In this document: in pieces, positions 26,729 to 32,000 of the stretch
Position numbering within the stretch: position 1 is the stretch's first letter
Layout of the letters: the number at the start of each line of letters is the position of its first letter
Origin: Synechococcus sp. A15-28
GTDB taxonomy: Bacteria; Cyanobacteriota; Cyanobacteriia; PCC-6307; Cyanobiaceae
Assembly: GCF_014280175.1 (NCBI RefSeq)
Contig: NZ_CP047931.1
Coordinates: forward strand, 720,001-752,000
DNA: 32,000 bases
Reading direction: 5' to 3'
Made by a program: the position numbers and the translations under genes
The notes under the pieces: generated by a model
What the model was told of the DNA's origin: nothing
The model's input: the letters and a program-made list of their open reading frames with translations, nothing else
Database searches by the model: none

Positions 26729-27253
26729 TCAGCCAGGATCGATTGCAGCAGTTGTACTGAGTTGCACGTCGCGCTCTGAAACCAGTAGTCCGCCCGATTC
26801 ATCCAGGTTGTTGATGCTGATCGTTGATGCTGGGTCTGGGTAACCCATTTCAACCGGGGCAACGGTTTCAAATCCTTTGATGGTCATGGCTGCGCCGTCC
26901 TTCGTCATGTGGGTCACCCCTTTGATCTGTTCAAATTCATAGAGTCCAGGGGGGAGCCTCAGGGTGTCTGATCCCTTGCCCCCGTGGACAAGGGATTGAT
27001 TGCCGAATCCCAGGAAGACTTCTTTGCCATTGCCGAGTTTGATCTTGCCGGTGCCATCCAGTCCTCCAGCAAGAACATTCAGCTTGTCAGATCCTTTCCC
27101 CAGCTTGATCACTCCATGGTTGTGAAGCGCTTGGTGAGATTCACTTGCAATGGCTTCAATCTGATCTTTTCCTTTGCCCATGAGCAGTGACCCATCAACC
27201 GTTAAAGCTGTTCCTTCGGAGTTGCTGAACGTGAGTGAATCACTGCCACGCAA
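26729..27253 (-). CDS. Repeat protein with degenerate GxGxD (RTX/beta-roll-like) motifs
   Basis: Recurrent GKGKDQI, GKGSDKL, GNGKEVF and GGKGSDTLRL motifs spaced ~20-25 aa apart. No signal peptide. Starts 5 nt after the LRR gene stop. Lower G+C. Confidence 0.6.
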   Translation of the reverse strand: MRGSDSLTFSNSEGTALTVDGSLLMGKGKDQIEAIASESHQALHNHGVIKLGKGSDKLNVLAGGLDGTGKIKLGNGKEVFLGFGNQSLVHGGKGSDTLRLPPGLYEFEQIKGVTHMTKDGAAMTIKGFETVAPVEMGYPDPASTISINNLDESGGLLVSERDVQLSTTAAIDPG

Positions 27254-27258
27254 TGTTT

Positions 27259-28074
27259 TTACTGTTGTGCTCCTGGTAATGAACCATTCTCCGCGGGGCT
27301 TCCTTGTTCTGGGTCGATCACATCGGCTTGTTGCGTCCAGAGACCGGATTGATCCGCTGCGGTCCAGCCGCTCTCGGTTAACTCATGAGAGAAAGTTTCG
27401 ATTGGTTCTTCAAAGATGAAGGCGACATCCTCGTCAAACGCATGGATGGGAGGGTTCTTTCGAAATTGATCGGGGAGCCTAACTTCTGTGATTGCGGTAT
27501 TCGCAAAAGCATTCTCGCCAAGATATGTCGTTGAATCAGGGATCGAGATTCGCGCAAGCTTTGAACAACCCTCAAAGGCGCTGGCCCCGATGATACGAAG
27601 TGAATTCGGGAAGCTGACCACTTCAAGTTCAGGGCAGGCATAAAATGCCCTTTCTCCAATCTCTCGAAGAGAATCACCTAGCACCAGCTTGTTCAGAACA
27701 TTGCCGTTCGAGAAAGCTCGCTTGCCAATGGAGGTGACCGAATCACCAATGGTGATTGAGTTCAGTGAACGTCCGTATTGAAATGCATAGTCACCAATCT
27801 CCTCGACGGAGTCGGGAATGGTGAGATTTTTGAGGCTGAAGGTTGCAAAGAACGATTCTTTGCCAAGGCTGACAAGTGAATTCCCGAAGTCAATCTCTTC
27901 CAGATTTGATGTGTAGGCAAACCCTTGGTCTTCGATCGTCAGGAGTGTGTCGGGCAGGACAGCCTGTTTGATCTCCAGATTTCGTTCGAAGTGCCCTGCT
28001 GGAACCGATGTGGATCCCTCCAGGATCACAAGTTGACCCGTGATTGGGTCAAACTCACTCAGCAAGGACGTCAT
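27259..28074 (-). CDS. Leucine-rich repeat protein, BspA-type (LRR_5)
   Basis: Seven consecutive ~23-aa units of the form IPDSVxxIGxxAFxxCxxLxxIx (residues 40-199). No signal peptide. Acidic/Gln-rich tail. Confidence 0.8.
   Translation of the reverse strand: MTSLLSEFDPITGQLVILEGSTSVPAGHFERNLEIKQAVLPDTLLTIEDQGFAYTSNLEEIDFGNSLVSLGKESFFATFSLKNLTIPDSVEEIGDYAFQYGRSLNSITIGDSVTSIGKRAFSNGNVLNKLVLGDSLREIGERAFYACPELEVVSFPNSLRIIGASAFEGCSKLARISIPDSTTYLGENAFANTAITEVRLPDQFRKNPPIHAFDEDVAFIFEEPIETFSHELTESGWTAADQSGLWTQQADVIDPEQGSPAENGSLPGAQQ
27478..27957 (-). repeat. Coding tandem array: 7 x ~69-nt LRR_5 units
   Basis: Units LPDTLLTIEDQGFAYTSNLEEID, FGNSLVSLGKESFFATFSLKNLT, IPDSVEEIGDYAFQYGRSLNSIT, IGDSVTSIGKRAFSNGNVLNKLV, LGDSLREIGERAFYACPELEVVS, FPNSLRIIGASAFEGCSKLARIS and IPDSTTYLGENAFANTAITEVR. 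Confidence 0.8.
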
Positions 28075-28167
28075 CCTTTCCCATCGAACAAAGTGATCCT
28101 AAAGCGTTGCTCCTGAAAATCACCGCTTTGAATCGCTCAAGTCCTGAGCCTTGGCTGAGTGTTTCCC

Positions 28168-29079
28168 TCAGTCTTTGTAAGGGTAGTTGTTGGGAACGAA
28201 GAATTGTTCGTTGAACGGAGGGCGTTTGTAGTCCCCCTGCTCTGGACGGGGTGGCATGTCGATGGGGGGAGGTGTCATGTCTTCATAGGGAACCTTGCTC
28301 AGCACATGACGCAGGCAATTGAGACGTGCCCGACGCTTGTCGTTGGCTTCAACTGTGAACCAAGGGGCCTCAGGGATATGCGTTTTGGAGAACATGATGT
28401 CCTTCGCTTTGGAATATTCCACCCAGCGGTTTCGGGACTCAATATCCATCGGGCTCAGCTTCCAACGTCGTTCCTCGCAATCAATCCTCGACTGGAAACG
28501 TTGCTCCTGCTCTTCATCATTGATGGAGAACCAATATTTGAGCAGCAGAATTCCGTCCTGCACCAAAATGCGCTCGAACTGAGGGCAGGCGACGTAGAAC
28601 TGCTCCACCTGTTCCTCGGTGGCAAACCCCATCACCCGTTCCACACCGGCCCGGTTGTACCAGCTGCGGTCAAAGACCACGATTTCACCGGCGCTGGGGA
28701 AGTGCTCCACGTAGCGCTGGAAATACCACTGGGTTTTCTGTTGATCAGACGGCGTCCCCAGGGCGACAACGCGGCATCCCCGAGGATTCATCGGTTCTGT
28801 GAGGCGTTTGATCGATCCGCCCTTACCCGCAGCATCCCGCCCTTCAAACAGGATGATCATGCGGAATCCCGTGGCCTTGATCCAGTACTGCATCTTGACG
28901 AGCTCGGATTGCAGCTTCGCCAACTCTTTTTCGTAGGTCTTCTTCTCCAGGCGCTTGTGATCGCTGGAAAAACCCTCCTGCAGTTCCACCAGAATCTCCT
29001 GAGGGTGATCAACGTCACCATCGCTGTGGTCAAGAGCGTCGAGCACCGAAGCGATGTCGTGCTTGTGGTTCTTGCTCAT
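28168..29079 (-). CDS. ppk2: Polyphosphate kinase 2 (single-domain PPK2)
   Basis: Walker A FEGRDAAGKGGSIKR, QWYFQRY, VVFDRSWYNRAGVERVMGF and the lid region RWKLSPMD. ATG 29079 is preferred over TTG 29097. Confidence 0.9.
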   Translation of the reverse strand: MSKNHKHDIASVLDALDHSDGDVDHPQEILVELQEGFSSDHKRLEKKTYEKELAKLQSELVKMQYWIKATGFRMIILFEGRDAAGKGGSIKRLTEPMNPRGCRVVALGTPSDQQKTQWYFQRYVEHFPSAGEIVVFDRSWYNRAGVERVMGFATEEQVEQFYVACPQFERILVQDGILLLKYWFSINDEEQEQRFQSRIDCEERRWKLSPMDIESRNRWVEYSKAKDIMFSKTHIPEAPWFTVEANDKRRARLNCLRHVLSKVPYEDMTPPPIDMPPRPEQGDYKRPPFNEQFFVPNNYPYKD

Positions 29080-29118
29080 CAGCCAGAAAACGATCAAATT
29101 CGTTTTGGCAGCGCTTCT

Positions 29119-30489
29119 TTAAGAGGTTGTTTCGAGATCAGGATTTCTGAATAATTCTTCGTCGCCCAGCCCCTCTTCAGGCAGGTTCAGCACCACAGCA
29201 AATCGGCCTGGGTTGCTTGTTCCTGTGCGGAAGGTCACTGTTCCGCCGTGGTGCTGCATCACATGGTTCACGATCGCCAGACCGAGACCGCAATGACCCT
29301 GCTGGCCGCGGGCGTCATCGAGTCGCTGGAACGGTTGCAGGGCACGGTTCCACTGTTCCTTCGGAACCCCTGATCCCTGATCCCAGACTTCGAGGCTGAT
29401 CCGGTTCCTGTGCTTCAAAAGGCGGATCACCACCGGTGGTCTGCCATAGGTGAAGGCATTGTCGATCAGGTTGCTGACAGCTCTGCCGAGGGCCACGGGA
29501 CGGATGCGGGCCTGAACCGCTGATGGTTCCAGCTGCAGTTGCTCGCTCGGATAGCTGGCCACCACTTCTGCCAGCCACAGATCCAAGGGACAAAGCACTG
29601 GCGACTCCCGCTCTCCACCGCCGGCGTAGAGCAGGAACTGACCGGTGATGCGTTCCAGGGACTCCAGATCATGGCGAGATCGATCCCGCTCGTTGGCGTC
29701 AAGGCTTGGCAGAGCCAGACGGAACTGCAGGCGTGTGATCGGAGCCCTCAGGTCGTGAGCGATGCCGGCCAGCATTGTTGCCCGCTCCCGGCGGTTGGCA
29801 GCCAGCCGCTGAACCATGGAATTGAACCGTCGGGTGATGCGTTGCACCTCGGGGGCACCTTGTGCTGGCAGGGCAGAAGGCTCATTGCCCTCACTGACAC
29901 GGGCCAGGGCCTTTTCCAGTCCACGCAGAGGCTGTTCAACCTCCTTGAGCAGATACACAACACCCGTCAGGATCACGGCCCCCACCAGGGCAATCACCAT
30001 CAGCATCGGGTCGGGCGGCCAGCGGCGTGTGGCAGGTATTTCGCTTCGCAGCCAGACCGGCTCCAGCGGTGAGATCAATTCGATCCAGATCTGCTGCCCC
30101 CCCTGCTGAATGCCTGCCGTCCCGCCGGAGGTTGCCGGCAGCAGCATCGGGCAGTGGGAGAGCCGTGAGCAGAGCTCCTGTCGCAACTCCCTCCGTCGGT
30201 GATCATTGGGAAGCGCCTTCTGCTCCGATCCTGGGGGCTGTCCGGCGATGACCAGATCCAACCCTGTGAACTCCTTGATCAGAGACGGTGGGTAACGCTC
30301 AAGGGTGAGCTCCGTCAGGCGGATGTTGAGTGCAAGATCCCGGCCCAGTTGCAAGGTCTGGAGTCGGTTCAGTTCCCGTCCGAACAGCAGCTGCATCAGC
30401 ATGAGACAGAGCAACCAGCTGCCAAGCAGCACGGAGCTCCAGGCGCTGATCTGAAGCATCAGCGGTCTCAACGAGACAAAACGGGACAT
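29119..30489 (-). CDS. Sensor histidine kinase (EnvZ/PhoR-like: 2 TM, periplasmic domain, HAMP, HisKA, HATPase_c)
   Basis: H-box AGIAHDLRAPITRL, N-box NLIDNAFTYG, G1 DQGSGV and G2 GLGLAIV. Two TM helices bracket a ~170-aa extracytoplasmic segment. ATG 30489 lies 1 nt after the RR stop. Confidence 0.85.
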   Translation of the reverse strand: MSRFVSLRPLMLQISAWSSVLLGSWLLCLMLMQLLFGRELNRLQTLQLGRDLALNIRLTELTLERYPPSLIKEFTGLDLVIAGQPPGSEQKALPNDHRRRELRQELCSRLSHCPMLLPATSGGTAGIQQGGQQIWIELISPLEPVWLRSEIPATRRWPPDPMLMVIALVGAVILTGVVYLLKEVEQPLRGLEKALARVSEGNEPSALPAQGAPEVQRITRRFNSMVQRLAANRRERATMLAGIAHDLRAPITRLQFRLALPSLDANERDRSRHDLESLERITGQFLLYAGGGERESPVLCPLDLWLAEVVASYPSEQLQLEPSAVQARIRPVALGRAVSNLIDNAFTYGRPPVVIRLLKHRNRISLEVWDQGSGVPKEQWNRALQPFQRLDDARGQQGHCGLGLAIVNHVMQHHGGTVTFRTGTSNPGRFAVVLNLPEEGLGDEELFRNPDLETTS

Positions 30490-30490
30490 C

Positions 30491-31225
30491 TCAGCGAGAG
30501 CGGGGGGTTCCGTCCGGCACGAAGACGTAGCCATAGCCCCAGACCGTCTGGATGTAGCGGGGACGGGAGGGATCGGGTTCCACCAGCTTTCGAACTCTAG
30601 ACACCTGCACATCCATGCTCCGGCTGTCGGTGTCACTGCCGGGGCCCCGGGCCAGCTCGATCAAACGCTCCCTGGACAGAGGCCGGTGGGGGTGCTGAAC
30701 AAAGGCCGCCAGCAGGCTGAATTCACCGCTGGTGATCATTTCCGTGCTGCCGCCTTTCATCAACGTTCGGGCGGACAGGTCCAGGACGGTTTCGCCAAAA
30801 CTCACCTGTTCTCCACCCTGAACAGGCGTTCCCGCTGTTACGGCCATGCGCCGCCGTAGCACCGCATCGATTCGCGCGGTCAGTTCCCGCGGCAGAAAGG
30901 GCTTGCCCAGGTAGTCATCGGCGCCCTGCTCCAAGCCGATGATGCGATCCACCGCCTCCCCACGCGCCGTCAGCATCACCACGGGCAGGTCATCGCCGGC
31001 ATCCCGGAGTCGCCGCAGTGCCGTCAGGCCATCGTCGCCGGGGAGCATCACGTCCAGAACAAGGAGGTCCGGTCGCTGACATTCCAGACGCGCCTCCAAC
31101 TGCTTGACATCGCAAAGGCAGCGAACGTCGTACCCCTGATCGATCAGATAAGTCCCCACCATCTTGCGCAGCTCCGGGTCGTCATCCACCACCCAGACCA
31201 TCGACGTCTTTGACATGCGTGGCAT
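30491..31225 (-). CDS. OmpR/PhoB-family response regulator
   Basis: Receiver VWVVDDDPELR...DLLVLDVMLPGDDG...MLTARGE...GADDYLGKPF, plus a winged-helix output domain (VQVSRVRKLVE...IQTVWGYGYVF). Confidence 0.9.
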   Translation of the reverse strand: MPRMSKTSMVWVVDDDPELRKMVGTYLIDQGYDVRCLCDVKQLEARLECQRPDLLVLDVMLPGDDGLTALRRLRDAGDDLPVVMLTARGEAVDRIIGLEQGADDYLGKPFLPRELTARIDAVLRRRMAVTAGTPVQGGEQVSFGETVLDLSARTLMKGGSTEMITSGEFSLLAAFVQHPHRPLSRERLIELARGPGSDTDSRSMDVQVSRVRKLVEPDPSRPRYIQTVWGYGYVFVPDGTPRSR

Positions 31226-31353
31226 CGTCTCTCTGAACGGTATGAATCCCTCTTGGTTGTGTCTTGCTCCAGGCGTATCCAGTCACAGCTTCAAGGGCGA
31301 TAGACATGCCTGAGTCATCGGCAACGTCTCCAAAGCTTCATAGGCTGAGATCC

Positions 31354-31809
31354 ATGAAGCTCCCTGTTCTCATCGCTGGTGCAGCGTTGAATCTGTTGCT
31401 GGTCCCTGGGGTGGCCTGGCCCGACCAGGGGGCGATGCGGGCTTACAACCAGCGTATGGAGTCGTTGTTTCTGCGGCTGGATTCCAATGGCAACGGCAGG
31501 CTTGAGCGTCAGGAGCTGGATGGCCGTCCAGCCCTGCAGCGCCAGCTGAAACGTAAGGCGGGACGACATTTTTTGCTGCTGGAGGACGTACGAACCCGGC
31601 GGGGCACCGTGCGTGGACAACGGCTGACGCATCGCTTTCGAAAAGCGGATCTCAATTCAGATCGTCGGCTCAACCTTCAGGAGGCCTCACGTCTGCCCTG
31701 GGTTGAACGCCACTTCAACGGACTGGATCGCAACCGCGACGCCCATGTGACCCTGGAGGAACTCTGGGACCTGCAGCGAGCCCTCGCTCCCCGTCAACGT
31801 CGTCCCTGA
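31354..31809 (+). CDS. Secreted EF-hand calcium-binding protein (three EF loops)
   Basis: Signal peptide MKLPVLIAGAALNLLLVPGVAWP. EF loops DSNGNGRLERQE (31480-31515), DLNSDRRLNLQE (31648-31683) and DRNRDAHVTLEE (31726-31761). An upstream alternative start at 31264 is less likely. Confidence 0.75.
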   Translation: MKLPVLIAGAALNLLLVPGVAWPDQGAMRAYNQRMESLFLRLDSNGNGRLERQELDGRPALQRQLKRKAGRHFLLLEDVRTRRGTVRGQRLTHRFRKADLNSDRRLNLQEASRLPWVERHFNGLDRNRDAHVTLEELWDLQRALAPRQRRP

Positions 31810-31994
31810 TGCGGAGGAGGAAAGAACAGCAATTTCAGAAGTCTGAGCATTCGCCAGAGGCCAGCGATCATCAGCACCCCGGCGAGCATCACCAAAGCGG
31901 CGATGAGCACGACTCCCCCGAGCCCCAACATGGCGCTGAGCAGGAGTTGGATGCCACTGATCAGGTCAGAGATCGCTTCGCTGACCAGCAGCAT
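31794..31994 (-). CDS. Small hydrophobic membrane protein, or the C-terminus of a larger one
   Basis: 66-aa ORF with two hydrophobic helices. The frame is still open upstream at the window edge, so the true start may lie beyond nt 32000. Its 3' end overlaps the EF-hand gene by 16 nt (convergent). Confidence 0.4.
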   Translation of the reverse strand: MLLVSEAISDLISGIQLLLSAMLGLGGVVLIAALVMLAGVLMIAGLWRMLRLLKLLFFPPPHQGRR

Positions 31995-32000
31995 CAGGTC

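Noticed and set aside
28159-29154. 331-aa ORF antisense to ppk2
   Set aside because: It was noticed because it occurs in a lower-G+C gene, where shadows are rarer. However, ppk2 has complete Walker A and lid motifs and the antisense translation has no recognisable domain, so it is most likely fortuitous. Antisense RNA-seq or Ribo-seq could revisit it.
20177-32000. Calling the accessory block a mobile element or prophage remnant
   Set aside because: I could see no integrase, transposase, tRNA target or flanking direct repeats. Only compositional patchiness and gene content suggest horizontal origin, so no mobile_element feature is reported.

Overview
The window looks like a chromosomal segment of a high-G+C marine or estuarine picocyanobacterium (Synechococcus/Cyanobium-like). 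This is inferred from gene content only: PSI accumulation factor, Ycf55-like DUF3685, DUF3727, class II FBA, and a proB-lpxD-leuB-prk-pilD-accD run. About 1-20.2 kb is a tightly packed housekeeping block: CBS protein, pgsA, SDR epimerase, hisA, fur-like, DUF3685, CofE-like, ruvX, HAD, proB, lpxD, leuB, prk, pilD, accD, oxidoreductase, fba, LD-carboxypeptidase, purQ and purS. Many gene junctions there are 4-nt ATGA/GTGA overlaps. From about 20.2 kb to the end the content becomes accessory and stress-related, and G+C is patchy and visibly lower by eye. This part holds five units. (1) A divergent arsenic unit: arsR, a DUF938 methyltransferase and possibly mscS on the minus strand, facing gap, arsJ and a secreted SNase-fold protein whose catalytic acidic residues are all replaced. 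(2) A small membrane protein and three small ORFs preceded by an inverted repeat. (3) A lower-G+C two-gene module: a BspA-type LRR protein plus a protein with degenerate GxGxD (beta-roll-like) repeats. (4) An OmpR/PhoB-type response regulator, a histidine kinase and PPK2, all on the same strand. (5) A divergent secreted protein with three EF-hands. I saw no rRNA, tRNA, CRISPR array, integrase or transposase. The candidates most worth follow-up are the extended ars unit (dual-site ArsR, DUF938 methyltransferase, pseudo-nuclease coupled to arsJ), the TCS-PPK2/EF-hand module and the LRR/beta-roll pair. All family calls rest on motif recognition from memory, not database searches.
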